Below are positions 1 through 14,300 of a stretch of 64,000 nucleotides of DNA, one piece after another. The DNA comes from Lingula anatina (Eukaryota > Animalia > Brachiopoda). The DNA lies in NCBI GenBank assembly GCA_051362555.1, contig CM120643.1:10292001-10356000 (forward strand), written 5' to 3'. How positions within the stretch are numbered: position 1 is the stretch's first letter; each line of letters begins with the position of its first letter. The notes beneath the pieces are model-generated. The model made no database searches. It saw only the letters and a program-made list of their open reading frames with translations, and was not told the DNA's origin. Both the position numbers and the translations under genes were made by a program.

Positions 1-185
1 TAGATAAGATTGTAACCAGCTCAAATTTTTTATCTTCACCAAATATTGTATAATATATATATGAACAGCGACACTAACTCTGATCTTACTGTCATTTCAA
101 CCCCTACCTTCCACCCCAACAGCCACCAACCTCAAACTGCTCTTGTTGTAGCTTGAACTCGTCAGCAACCTCCTTTAATTAACTA

Positions 186-358
186 CAGGGGTGAATCCAG
201 AGATATTTTCTGACAGTCTTCCAAATTATCTTCATTGATCCATCGGATCCTCCATTTTAGACTGTCTTCCGTCAAAAAAAATTAGATGCCCTTCAATGTA
301 AACTTGAAAATCTGACCGTCTTCCAGAAGACCCAGAAGACGGCCTCAATCTGCCCCTG
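186..358. mobile_element. MITE with CAGGGG termini and a near 5-bp TSD (hAT-like, non-autonomous)
   Basis: Termini CAGGGGTGAAT...ATCTGCCCCTG, flanks AACTA/AAGTA. It is the reverse-complement copy of the element at 28768-28935. Confidence 0.75.
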
Positions 359-1030
359 AAGTACATGCTATAGACATCATTTATCTGTATAATCTTGGGC
401 CCCAATATTTAAACAGCCTTTATCTTTACAGTCAATTACAAGACTGACTTCTTCATCAATGATATCATACTCTGGAGGGAACTGTCACCACAATGATGGC
501 CTCCAGCCAAGTGACACTAAAGCAATTCTGCCCTAGTATTGTGGACCATATGTCATTAAGGTTAATGACACTCAGTAAGGTTCTTAACAAATGTCAAGCA
601 CCTGATTGTCAGAATGAACTCCAACTAGCTAGATCACTGTTTCTCAGCACACTGGGCAATATCAAGCATGAAATTTCAGTGTGTATATTTGCAAGAGGCC
701 TGGGTTGAAAATTCTCCTTTTAAACAAAACTGTTCAGGAGAACCCATCAAAATGAACAACAGCTCTTAGTACTATAAAATTGTCATTATACACTAGACCA
801 AGGTCAATGACATTGTCAAACTGAACATTGAGAACAAATCTAAAGTTTGACAGTCAAAACGGGCTGTGTCTTGAATATTTTTTTTAGATTTCTTGGATCA
901 TTTTCAATTATATTATATTATATCTTGTCTCCATTTAAATGCTTGCATCATTCAGGTTTTCCCTTGCTTTCTCAGAGTATTGCCTTCATGCCACTGGAAA
1001 AATCTTGTGCCATCAGTGAGAGTTTTGCTA

Positions 1031-4000
1031 TCAAGCTTGATTGTAGGATGCTTGCCGTGCAGCCACCCAAGCTGTGAACACATCCCTGAAAAGAACAACA
1101 ACAACAAAAAATATATCATTTTCAAATATATCCAGTTTAAAATAAATTTTCTGTTGGGCCATTCTGAAACCATTTAAGGTCAGGTACAATTACAAACTAG
1201 AATAACAAACGGTATCAAAACATAAAATTACAGGTAGATTTTTTTCAATCTATATTTTCGTGTATAATTCATTATAAGTTTGTGTATAAATCTGCATACC
1301 TATTATCACTCTATCTATACCTGATCACTTGATACATTATATCTGAAGTATACAATATAGCCATACATATTTCATTATTAATTTTACCTGCAATGACTAA
1401 CGACACACTGACTACTGCAGTATTCTTGGTCCCACTGTGGGTTTTCTACACTCGGGTTATTGCAGCCATCTCGTAAACACACTGGCAAAGGAGAGGGCTC
1501 TTCTTTGGGGGCTTCTGGAGCAGGGATCTGAAATGACCAAATGACATTTTATTGATTTATGGTGGACAAAATAAAAGACAATTAGGTTTTTAATTGATTC
1601 TGTTGACCCTTGTTGAATTAAATACACACAAATAAAAAATTATCATGTTGACTTCATGCCACTTTGAAAAAATGTTACCACCCAATGAAACAAATTTATC
1701 TTGCTGAAAAAAAAAGAAAAAAATTAAATATTTTCTTTTTTAATTTTGAAAATAAAAGGAAATGATGAAAATTAATATGCCAAATCTCTCACGAGTCTAC
1801 TAAACACTACTTTTGCTGAAATGCAGATATACCACTCTAATCTGCTTTTGTCTAAGATGCATCAAAGTGCATTACAAATGCAAAGAATACATTTTAAGCC
1901 CACATATACAAACAGAGATATATAACAAAACATTTAGATACATGCATGACAGAAGTACTACAAAAAGAACACTGCGTATATGAAGGATATAAATGTAAAG
2001 TTGGACACAAAAAAATCCACATACACAATGGGGGCATACGTACAGCAAGGCAAACAGCCAGAGGCTGTACAAAAAACATTACAGCTAGAAGGTACATAAA
2101 ATGCTCTGTCCCATTAGTGAAATGGTTGTGTAATAAGCACGGAACATCTGAAAAAAGTCTGTAAGACATCACATTCCTAAGAAAACAAATATCCTGTACC
2201 TGGTTTTCCATTTGACCACTAGATGCCAGCACTTGCTGAGGGTCTGAAATTGTGGTAGTTGTCTTTGGAGCAATTGACTGGAATTGCTTCAGCTGGTCAG
2301 GATTGACATGGAGCTAACCACAAAATAACAAAAGAAACACAAACCCATTAATAAAAACTACCTGAAAACTATTTTTTTTTTTAGATTTTCAGTGCTAAAT
2401 AATTGTTTGCTACTCTGAAAACAACAAAACATCTGAAACAAAGATTTTTCTGTTTAACATGGGAGTGGTTGGTGATATGTATTCAGTAACTGACCTGATG
2501 AGGTTTTTATTGCAAAATTTGAAATGCTTCCACACATGGAAATTATTTTCCAATTTTAGCAATAATTCCATATACTGGACAAACAACCAAATTTATAATT
2601 TTTACCCCAAAATACAATTAGTGTGTACCTGTATAATCTTCTTTGTAATTTTCCCACTTGTCGTTGTGATCACTTTCATTCCGCTCTCAACACCCTCTGC
2701 TGGAACATTTTCTTGCTGATTGGTTAAAATCTCTGCTTTTGGCAAAACTCGGGTTAAATTTTTGTGACCCAGGAGGGAGGAAGGTGTCAGGGTGAGTGTA
2801 ATAGGTTTTCCATCTTTGCCAGGAAATACAACCTGAAATTTCAAGTTATTTCATATGTACTCTGGAGCCTGAGAAATGTGCCATTTTGTCCTATTAAAAA
2901 AAAATTGTGTAAAATGTGAAGACTTAGACCATGATTATGCTAAAAAGTATAACTGTTTCTTAATAAAGCATAGTCTAAATGGATTTTAAAAACACTTTAA
3001 CAAATTTGAAATCAAAAGGCTATCCGCAAAGTCTATCTAAAAGTAGAGAAATACATTAAACTTATAAAATCACAGAAAGAACAGAAAAGGTCTCTTTTGC
3101 ACAGTTATGAAGACACTGAGATGTTTTTTAAAAATCATGTGTATTTCTCCAACAATTATTTTATGAATATGGCATAGAAACAAATGTATTAGTCATTTGA
3201 TTGAGTAGTTTGAAGTGGAGCAAATTTTGATCAGTTTCATGACTGAACTCATGTCTATTGTTTTTCCTCTGGATTCAGTCTGCTTTTAGTAGGGCTTAAA
3301 TTTGGTTTACCGCCTACTTTAACACCTATTTAGGCACAATTTAATCTGCAAAAGACCTGCCACCACTCAATGTTCCCTTTTCACAATTTCATCCACATGT
3401 ATGAATACAATCACTCCCACTTCCACAACTTGGGGTATATTTCAAAGTGCTATCTCAGCCTTAAACTTAGCTTTATATGAAAACCACTTAAGTAAAATTA
3501 AATTTTGTTTAAAGCTTCCTTTATAAACCAAATGCTTAGCTTTAGTTGGATTTTAGGCAAAGTTTTGACGAAAACTGTCCCTACTTTTAAACATGGTAAA
3601 AAACCAAAATTAAAACATGTTTTAGGCAATAAATAAATAAAGAAAAATCCACACATGAAATGGGCTTTCAATATTTAACATCTATTAGAACACTTTATAC
3701 CTTAGCTGTTGCTGGTTGTTGCTGTTGCTGAGACTGTTGTTGTTGTTGTTGCTGTTTAAAATTCTGTTCTGCTGTAACTGCATGTTCCCCTTCTTTACCA
3801 GCACCATCATCATCATCTGGACTTTGTTGACCCAAGCTTTCCTCCCCTTCAGCCTCTTCTTCTGCTTCCTCCTTTTGCTGTGGTGGAGGGGAAGGTTTCT
3901 TTTTCTTTGGGACAGGGGGCGTGTGCAGCTCTGCTCCTTCCTGAGTGAGATAAAAGTAATTTTGAGAGAAAATAAAAGAAAAAATGAGAGGTCTCATATC

Positions 4001-7000
4001 CCAGCCATGTATGAACAACTTTGCCAAGCTGAGAACATAATGAGAAAATTATTTAAATATTTGTCAGATGACATGTGGGCCTCAATGTGAGGCATTTTTC
4101 CTCCTTTTGAGAAAGAGGGAAGCCGGACTTACATAATTTGTTTGTAAAGGGAAGCAAGGGTGGTTAAAGGCAACACCCATGTTGCCCCACCCCTTTCATC
4201 GACCAAGTGTGCATATATTTCTTCTCTAATTATACCTGTGATACTTGAGTGGCTCTGTAGGCTGCAAGCAATTTCAGGTATTCTTTTTTCGCTGTCTCTG
4301 TTCTCTGCTTATACACCTGAAAAGAAAAAAAAAATGACATATATAATTATTTGAAACCATGTGAAAATATCCCTCCTTTGCTCCATTAGCAAAATATCAT
4401 GTGACAACTGCTCTGACATTTAGTTTTAAGTACAAAATCATACTTAAGTAACAAAAAGAGTCATGTTCATCTCACAGCAAAAAGGCTGTAAGGCAAATCC
4501 CATCTGAAAAACATCATGCAAACACCCAAAACCTTTTCTAAATTTATAATACTTTACAACTTTCTTTACGGTAACATCATAGGAAAATAGGCAGCAAAGG
4601 AAAAAAAATGTGATTGCACTTTTTCCATACACGCAAGCCTGTATTATTTGTGTCCCCACACAGATGTGCCCAGTGCATCAAATACAGGTGAGAATATGCT
4701 GATAGTACCGAAATAACTACCATGGGTAGAAACAAAAAGCAAGTAATGCAAATGCATAACCTGACTTGTACTCTCTGCCTTAACAATCCTGACTAGCCTA
4801 AAGGTAAATGTAAGCTTGATTTGAGTTTTTTTTTTTTTAATCTCTTTAAGTTCAACATGTTCAACTCATAATTGGTCACTGACATGTGTAGAATTCCCCA
4901 GGCATTTTTACTTCCAGTTTAGTTTATGTTATCACTCACCACCTGTTCCCGGTTCTGGGGCAAAATCATTCATTGACATGTAAAATGCATAAACATGAAC
5001 CACTACAAACAAGATTTTACTCAACTGTACCATATCATCATTTCCTAAAAAATAAAGTTCATGCTTATTATTCTATAAACTTTTGTGGGGGAGGGGGAGA
5101 TTGTCTGGGAAGGAATTGTTTAGAGAGAGAGAGAGAGAGAGAGAGAGAGTCCTAGTTGGCCATGGGAAAGGGGTTGCCTGATAGCCCTACTTCCCTCTAT
5201 ATATGTCCAACTCCAGGTCACCTCATTTTTCTGGATATTGGCATTCAACCTCCTCTGCCTAGTAACAAGTAATGGAAATCACCGGAACTGGCCCAAAGTC
5301 TGGTGACTGCATGTTAAATAATAATGACAATTTCACAAATCCAATTTATCAGGATTTGGAGGAGAGTGGGGTCAGACTCCAAAACGACGAGGGTTTCGTA
5401 AGCATTTATCGTGGATTTCTACCGATGTCGAAGTGGGATTTACAAACGATGTAGCCGACGGGTTAGTTTAATGCAAGTGGAGTGAGTTTAATTGTAATTT
5501 GACAACTGTCTCTATTTTTTAAATTTTTAAATGTGTGTAGAGGGTATCCTTGTTTCACAAGCTCTCCCTGTTTTATTGACTCTAAGGGAGCCTATGGGGA
5601 TTTAGCGACATTCGTTTTGAATATTTTAACCGATTTTGATGTTTTTTTTTTTTTGCTTTACGGTAGACTAGTATGGCATTTTAACATTGTTTTGTGTGGT
5701 TTTAAAGATAAGGCACCCTTTTTTAAAATCATGTAGCACTCTAAGGACAATTGTTTTCTAACCAATCAAGGTGACAGCTGAGCATGCCATGAACAAAAGC
5801 TGACTGCATGTATCGAAGGATATTTTCCAGGTTGTTTTTTTCCTAACTTAGGTCAAATTACAGCCTGTTGCGCAACAGTACTAATTCACTGTATGTTCTG
5901 TGGCACCTTGTTTTTTGCATTCTAAGATGTCATTCCCAGTGCATAGTGTTTCACCTATACAGCTAATTAGTTAACCCAACCTCTTGTGAATTCTTGCACT
6001 TTTTCTAGTCATATATGATGTCATGCAGTGCCGACAGCCTCCTTTTTGAGCTTTCTCAGATGATTTTCCTTGAAGAAGTTATGCAAGTCTAAATTATTGT
6101 GGCAAGTTATTATTTTTTTTTAATAAAAAGGAACAGTGTTATGTGATTTCAGCCTTAATAATGTGTGTGTATGTGTGCATGCACATGCCAACATGCATGT
6201 GTATGATTGTATATATGTGCTCTCACATATGTGTTCAGTAAAATAGTTATTATAACAATAATTGCAGATGAAAGCAAATCCTCCCCAAACTCACATTTTT
6301 ACTATCTGGGTCAAGGTTGTCCCACATTGAAGCCACAATTTTGGAAATTTCCCCAAAAGTTGCACTGGGGTTCTGGCCCTTGATTGCTGCCTGTGTGTCT
6401 CGGAAGAAGAGGGCGTATGCTGATACTGGCCTGCAAAAGAATTGAGACACTTGTAAATAAATAATTAAATAAATAAATAAACCCTTTCATTGGGGTCACA
6501 AAATAATTTCTTTCAAACACTGATAACTGTCTTTAAATAAATGACAAATTGAGGAAATTATCAAAATTTTTGAAATTATTCATCCATAATGAATTATCTT
6601 CAGCACCTAGCAAAATGTCTATGCGCTGGTCTGAGCTAGGATTGAATACTCCACCGAGGGTTTATAACCTACAGATCATATCACAGTAAAAATCAAACAA
6701 ATGGCAGTCTTTTGAATCTTGATCACCATATTCAAGTGAGACCGGTCCAAAAAAATTCTAACAACCATGTTTCTGCTCTGCTTTCTTAATTATTTTACAT
6801 CCTCCATATGACTTACTTCTGGGGTTCATTTGGATCCTTCTTCTTTTTCTTCTTGGGAGTCCTTCCCCTTTTCTTCTTCACTGGGAGTCCTGGATCAGTA
6901 GCTGGCACAGGTGATGCCCTCTGGTGACCGGGACCAGCCAACTACAGCCATTGAAAAAAAAGAAAATTAACAAAACACTCTACAACATATACCAGTCATA

Positions 7001-8050
7001 TTAGAGAATTTATCTATATTGCTTTCTTAAACTTAATTTTTGTATTACAAGATCAGTGAAGAGGCCTTTTTTAAAGAAACCAGCCAACTTCAGCCATTTC
7101 AAAAGCAAATTATTGAAGAAACTGTATGCCAAATACCAGTCATATTTCAGAATTTATCTATCGGTTAGAATTGCAAAGCTTTGATGAGATTTTATGAAGA
7201 GAAATGTAATGCTGCAAAGAGAAGCCATATTGTGGAATATCTACGTAGTTCACGTTTAGTAATTAAGCATCATCCAGAAGGTGTAGTTCTGATCCTAAAA
7301 AATTTCCACTAAAACAGTGTCAACACTATTCCTAAACAATATACAAACCTGTGACAAAGGCAGGCAGTCATCGCTATCCTCACTAGTGTCAGGTCGACTT
7401 GGGGACGAATGCGTTGATCCTGCTGGTGACACCACACCCCCCTCCATGTGACAATAGCTATTATAACAATGCCCTGGCGGGTGAAGGTAATGTCCGCCTC
7501 CACTTACAGGTAAATGGGGGACTTTAAAATAACCGCCAAACGAGTGGTCTGAATGGAAAGCCTGTGCTGATTGGTTCACAGACCTTGTCGTAAATGCTGA
7601 AATATGGCCACAGTATGTTTCAGAGCCGGTGGCTATACTACCTGTCTGATACTGGTCTTGTGGTTGAAATGCTGAAAAATTATTAGATAAGATGATATCA
7701 GGAATGTCTAATGTCTGGGGTGGGAACTGAGGCGTCACCTCTACAATTCCACCATTTTGGTAATCATCGTGATTTGCCGAGACTTCTGCAGCTATGATTG
7801 CGTTTGGTGGTGTCTCAAACGCGTGATCTGTGTGATGGTCTTGTTGATAGTAAACCTGCTGTGTCTGGTTAAAAGTCAAGCCTTTGTTGTTGTCTGCATA
7901 ATTGCCAATAAAACTGTTCAATTGCAGCTGGTGAGACGTAGATGGTGCTGGTTGTGACAACTGATTTCCAAGACAAGCCTCACTGTTGACTGAATAGTCA
8001 ATTGGCAGCGCATCAAATTCTTCCTCATTTATGCTGGGTACATAGTACAT
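1031..8050 (-). CDS. TOX4: TOX/TOX4-like HMG-box transcription factor, about 598 aa from the first in-frame ATG; extra upstream coding exons cannot be excluded
   Basis: Phase-consistent GT-AG exons: 8050-7349, 6941-6817, 6430-6295, 4316-4236, 3940-3701, 2832-2629, 2313-2200, 1527-1388, 1085-1031. The spliced protein has [16 protein letters not shown] (TOX N-terminal motif), the basic stretch plus HMG box [51 protein letters not shown]...[21 protein letters not shown], and the TOX4-type C-terminus [41 protein letters not shown]. Confidence 0.92.
5570..5785. mobile_element. Partial MITE copy, same family as 17948-18230
   Basis: Shares TTCTAACCAATCAAGGTGACAGCTGAG. GGGAGCCTATGGGGATTTA here is the reverse complement of TAAATCCCCATAGGCTCCC near 18130-18148. 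Confidence 0.6.
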
Positions 8051-8886
8051 CTGTAAATAAAAAACAAATAAAAAATATATATGATTCACATATTCACAAA
8101 GTAATTTTTGACTATCTCGAAGGCTTTGAACCAGTCTATTGCCAATGCAGGACTCGGGTATGTCAATGTGGGAAGAACTTCCAAATCATCCTTATAATAA
8201 AAGAATAACAATTAAAAAATATCATTGATAATATCTATATTTATAAAATAATCACCCCTGAACATGGGAGTTGAGATACAGAAATATCTGTAGCAGAAGG
8301 TAATCCTTAGAACGTACTACAGACCACGCATTCTCATCATGGAAAAACTAAAATGGACAACGTCTGTCCCACAAAATCCAAGTCCACTGTGTAATACTTG
8401 TCAAATAATTTGTCATATTTTAAACCAAAATTTCATACTTATATTAACTGAGGTGCTAATAAATCTACATCTAGACATCTATGTACACATTCATGTTATT
8501 CAATATACCAGCATCGTTTTACATCATCATGCACATTCTCCAAAACCCAAATGTTCATAGAATGTCTTTGAAAAAGTTTGACAGTCGCAAAAGCAGCAGA
8601 TCTATTGAACTAGAGGAACTAAACTTCACATCAAATAGCATAGTAGACCCTCGAGCCTCCCCCACCCACCCCAACTATTTCCAAAACAAAATGGCAAATT
8701 CAACCCTATTTCACTAAAAAAAAGAAAATGAATGTGTCCTACAGAAGTTAATGCATAGTGCCTTAGTTGCACTAATTCAATTTACAATTTCTTTTTCTTT
8801 TTTTTTTCAAGGAGAGAGGAGCTAAAGAACCCCCTCCCAACCCACCCATGCCACCATGAATCAACCAGCATTTTAGACAAGAACAG

Positions 8887-8889
<3 letters not shown>

Positions 8890-8949
<60 letters not shown>
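8890..8949. repeat. (TA)n microsatellite
   Basis: About 60 bp of TA dinucleotide repeat. Confidence 0.95.
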
Positions 8950-8952
<3 letters not shown>

Positions 8953-11269
8953 TACACCTACAGCCACATGCTTCCCCATAAAGCTGGTTATCAATAAGAA
9001 AAAAATCTTAAAATGAACCAAAATTACCTTCATTTAAGTCTTTTGTGGGGGGAATTACCATAATCATGTTCTTTCTTGGAAACACGTGAATGAAAGAAAA
9101 ATCTTCATACTGTTCTGCCACAAATTAAAACCACAATCTTTCTAAAAACCCATCCATGCCATACCAGGGACTTAATCTCTTCAACTTAAAGCAACTTCTC
9201 AACAAAAGTCTTACTCTGATGGCCCTGTGGTGAATATATAACAATTTAATAATTAACATACATCATGCGAATAGAAATTGTTCCATCTTTCTTTCCCCTA
9301 GATTAACTTGTCCTTAGAACCCTCTCTAGTCCCAGGTGGTGTTTTCACAGAATAATAACTGACACAGTGTCCGGTAGAGAAAAGAACAGTGACAAGTTCA
9401 CATTACTCTACTCATGTCAGTCATAAATATGATATCTTCTTGACTGGATCAGTTTTGGTACGCTTTAGCACTACTGCTAGCATTTAATCTGCTGATTTCT
9501 GACTTATTACTTGATTGAAGTACATGCTGTGGAATAATCATATAAAATTATTTCTTTCTTCTCTTTTTTCTTTTTCATTTGTCATCCAAGCAATATGGTT
9601 TGGCTTTATCTTGATCTGTTTTTAAAATTAAATACAAACATTTACATACTGATGGTAAGAAGCAATATGCTCTACCTCATTTGTACAAAAACACTTCACC
9701 TTATTGTAATTCATTAAAATTAAGATTTAGTCCTGGTAGACAGTCTTCCTTTACGGAAAGCACAGAGAATGTCACATCACAATGAAAAGGCTCTAACCCT
9801 TCAGGACCACAGACTCAGATTATAAATTCATGTAAGCAACACAGTTGCTCAAGTTCCTAACTTTTTCCCCTTCTTTTTCTCTTCCAGTGGTAGAACTACT
9901 TACTGAGATAATAGTTCTTTGACAACATTGATTCAGAACTGACTAATGTAAATCTCACGCGATTGCACCCCAAACCTACCCTAATCATGTCTGGATAACA
10001 TGTGAATGGAAAATGTACCATTACCAACTGAAATTACAAAGAATAATTGCCAATTCTCCAGTCCCCATTCTGGCATTAGTCAAATCATCTAATCTTCCCA
10101 TTATTCAGTCATTACTATGGACCAAAATTGCCAGCTGACTTCAATGAGAAGATTGATTTAGTCAGCACCATATCAAATCCTATTAGGAATTCTTGTTGAC
10201 TAGAAATTGCAATAGGAGTTATTTCAGTGATACTTTTTTTGGAGGTGTGTGTGTGTGTGTGTGTGATTGGGGGGGGGGGGAGGGTTCTACCTTCTACCAT
10301 ATTGTAGAGGGTTTACTCTAAGGATATACATGGTTTTGCCTATTAATTAAAAAACTTAGACTAGTCAAACATAGTGTCACTGTAAGATTATTTGGCACTG
10401 AGTTTTTGTTAACTCTATTTTGATTACTAAATGATCCAAATCTTTTTTTGGCACACATCCACAATTTTATTTTATGTATTGCATCACATCTTGCATAATT
10501 CACATATATATACACACCAACATCAGATAGCACAGGGGTTTAAATACTATTAATGTTTCATGTACAATAACAGACCCAGATCAAATACACCATCCAACAT
10601 AGCAATCTAAGTATTGGTAATGCTAATTACTCAGTTATCCCAAGACAAATTCCACATAATTGGGTTTATATTACTACATTAGATCCCATTTGAACAAAGA
10701 TAAACATATGGGGGCACATTTAAGACTGCATTATATATTATTCCATAACACGGTGCATTATGATAATCATCATTATGTAACAAAGCTACTTAGACATCAT
10801 GTAGTAAAGCTACCTCTCTCTCTCTCTCCCTTTCTCTCTCTCTCAAAAAATATGATATACTAGACAGGTATTTATTGTGCATGTTCTCAAATGACTTACA
10901 TTTTGCATTAATTTATTTAAATTTTCTCAACTGTTTCCAATGCATTAGTTTCTGATAACTATATTCTGTAAGACAGACAGATGCTACTTTGAATATTAAA
11001 TAATTTAAAGATGAAGAAAAAAAGAACTATCATGAAAATTTTGTTTTATTTTCATTCCAAATAGCAATAAGTCAGCACAATTCCTGTAAAACATCAGCTC
11101 TCCCAAGAGGCCTAGTACTCTAGTACACTACCTACACTACCTGCAAATTAAGTTTGTCATTATCACCCCTTGGACGACATAATGGCCCTTTGGGGACCTT
11201 TCACTCTGACCTGGTCAAAACTCATTACTAGTAATCTGGCTATTTTCTCCCAAGGGTCTGTGAACAATC

Positions 11270-11302
<33 letters not shown>

Positions 11303-14300
11303 CAGATAGTAAGACATCTATTTTGTGTTCTGTCTGATTGAATCATACTTAGTGAGCAGAGGTACAAACAGAAAATAACATTTATTTTTACAATATATAA
11401 ATGCTTGCAGGTCTGCAACAATATCCGTACAAAATGATAATAACATTATTAGCACTGGCAAATGTATATTGAGATGGAATCTTAAATACAAACTTCACAT
11501 ATATCACTGGCGTCGTTGCCTAAAATGCTGTAATGCAGCTGAAATCCATGTAAATCTTTATCAAAATAGTCAACTGTAGTAGTCTTTGAATTATAAAATA
11601 AAATGTTACCTGAAATCATCATCACCTTTTCTTTTGTGACCTTTTACATTAACCACCTGTTGATTTGTTTGCACTGTATGTGGTAACACATATATATATA
11701 TATATACAAACCCTTTTTGGATCACCACAAATTCATGCACAAACACACACAGAAACATATTCATAGTACATACACACAGAACAGGTGGCATCAGTTTTCC
11801 CTACCTTCTCGGTCTAAAAATCCAAGCGATTAAAGGCTAGATTTACTATCAAGTGACGCAGTCGAGTCTGAGCTGGTACGCCTCACATGTGCATGCAGAT
11901 ATAGACTACTGCTACCAGGAGACACGTAGAACCCACATCAAAAATTGCATAACACTAAGTGAATTAAATTTTTGATATACTTCAACTGTACATATGGGTA
12001 AAAAAAAAAAACTTGATAAATCTTAGAAAAAAGAATTCATATCAAACTGCATATATGTATATAGAATTAATCACGTGAGAAAAGCTTCAATGTGAACATC
12101 ACATTTAAGGATAGAAATGAGTTATTATTATGGAGAAGAATAAAGAAAGTGCCATCAAGCTTTTACAGGCTTTTTTTTAAAATCAAAATAGAATATGAAA
12201 ATGTATGTATGATGTTCACATTAAAACAATACCAATAATAATATTATGATAATAAACAATCAAATATATAAATAAGTTCCTAGAAATTTCAACAATTTCT
12301 CCTAAATCACCATGGTATTTATATATATCCTATCCAAAACAGCTGAGAAAACCATGATGGTTTATTAACTTTTTTTTCGAATTCTAAATTTAATTTTACC
12401 ATTATGTTTGAAATGCATCAATCTCCATCTCCATTACAGGAGTAATTGTTAAAAAAAAAAAAAAAAGACTCAATTCAACAGGTTAATGAAATGTAACTTT
12501 AAGATCAGGTATACCTTGTTGATTAAGCTGAAAGTGATGAATAAAAATTTAACACTCACCACGGCGTGTGCCTTAAAAAATTCCTTGGCTAGTACATGAT
12601 CAATACCCAACACTAATACTACTAGTAAAGTTAACACTAACACTAAATAACTTCATGAATAATTAAAGTAGACATAAATGGTAAAAAAAAAATTACCTTT
12701 TGTGGAGGCCACCCATTCAAGAGACTACAATCACCTTGTCTCTCATAGTTCCAAACAGCGACATTGTGCATTTTGTTTTCTCAAAAAGAGTCCAAAATGA
12801 TACATGCATTACACTTTCAAATTCACTGAAGAAGGCCACTGCAAATAACTTCTTTAGTCCACTCTTAGAACTGCTCTACCTGCTTACACTCCTCTTAATC
12901 TCATAGTTACACTTTTCTCTTCCAACAACTATGGGAAGTGAGTTTTGTTAAAGAAAGTCGACTATTTATTACTCTTCATGAATCCAGTTTTCTAAGGCCC
13001 TTTCCTGGCACATGTAGTTTCCATCAATTGACAGAGGATTCCTATGACCAATCAGCAATGTCAAAAATTAAAAGAAGCCTGATGGATTCTTTTTTTTTTT
13101 CTATCAAAAAAACCCTCCTGTCTGTCATATTTAAATTTTCCAAAAAAAAAAAAAAGCTTCTGATCTTTAGGCAGCTTTAGCAATCCTTCAATAAAAAAAA
13201 ATGTTGCAACCTCAACAACGTTTTCTGTCAACAGCGAGTTATCCCATAGATTAAAGATCCCTCAGGAACCCTTCATCTTTAATGTCCCCAAGTTCTCTTG
13301 CCTAGGGTACTTCACAATAGCAGTTACAACTTTAGAATGCTTAACTGTGTTTGATGGTGCAATCTAAATACAGATGTCACCCAAGGCTTTCCACTTCAAC
13401 ATATGTCAATCAAAAAGACAGGCAGCAGCTTTTGTTGATGGGGAAATAAGTGGCTGTTCTAGCAGTGAGTTTGCCTCCCCCAAGAGACCACTGGCTTTAA
13501 TTGTGTGCTCCATTTTTAGCATTTAATTTTTAACCAAATGCTCATTTCAATTTGATTTCAATAAAAGATAAAAAGTAAAAAAAAAATTATTCTTTGCTTA
13601 AATATAAAATGGTAGTTTTCTTTTTGAAAAGTAACTACTTTATAAAATACCAAACCAAAAACCAAAACAGACAATGCAAAAGTGAAGCAAATCTCCTTTA
13701 TAAAAAGAAGTTTCCACATCTACCCACTAGAGTCCTCAATTTTTTACAAACATCTCTTTTCGTAGTATGAAGAATTGGGAATGGCCAGGACAGAAAATAA
13801 GGTGGGTCAACTAACCTAGTACCTAATATTTATTTAAGGGAAAGTATGGTAACTGCTCACAAAATTTGAACAAACTTAAATCATCCTTTCTCCAAAACTA
13901 TCCTTAATAGTGCCATCTGAAAATCATCATTCAAAAGATCTGGAAAGTATGGTTGTGTGTAATACTTTTCATTTTGAAAGCAACTAAGAGTAAAAAAATT
14001 TTTTAAATGGAATAACAAAGGTATACGAACTTAAGCGCTAAACTTTTAGAGAAATTACCATAACCTTATCAAATATTGAAATGAAATGGAAATGAGAGAG
14101 AGCGCCCACCACCTGCTCGACTCAGTTACACTGAGGCATGTGCAGGCTAACCACTAGAGCGTGCAAAATTTCACCCAATTGTTGAAATTAAATCAATTTG
14201 TCTAAAAATAGGACAGACATGTACTGTACATACCCTATAGTTTAAGTTGTGCATCAGTGTTTGTTATGCATCAATAACAAATATATACTAATATAGAAAT

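Noticed and set aside
3716-4090. Leu-rich + strand ORF resembling a signal peptide
   Set aside because: Antisense shadow of the poly-Q/E TOX exon.
5981-6068. Possible cassette exon within the TOX HMG-box intron
   Set aside because: Weak GTTGGG donor, 88 nt (frameshifting) with an in-frame stop. The flanking exons already join into a complete HMG box.
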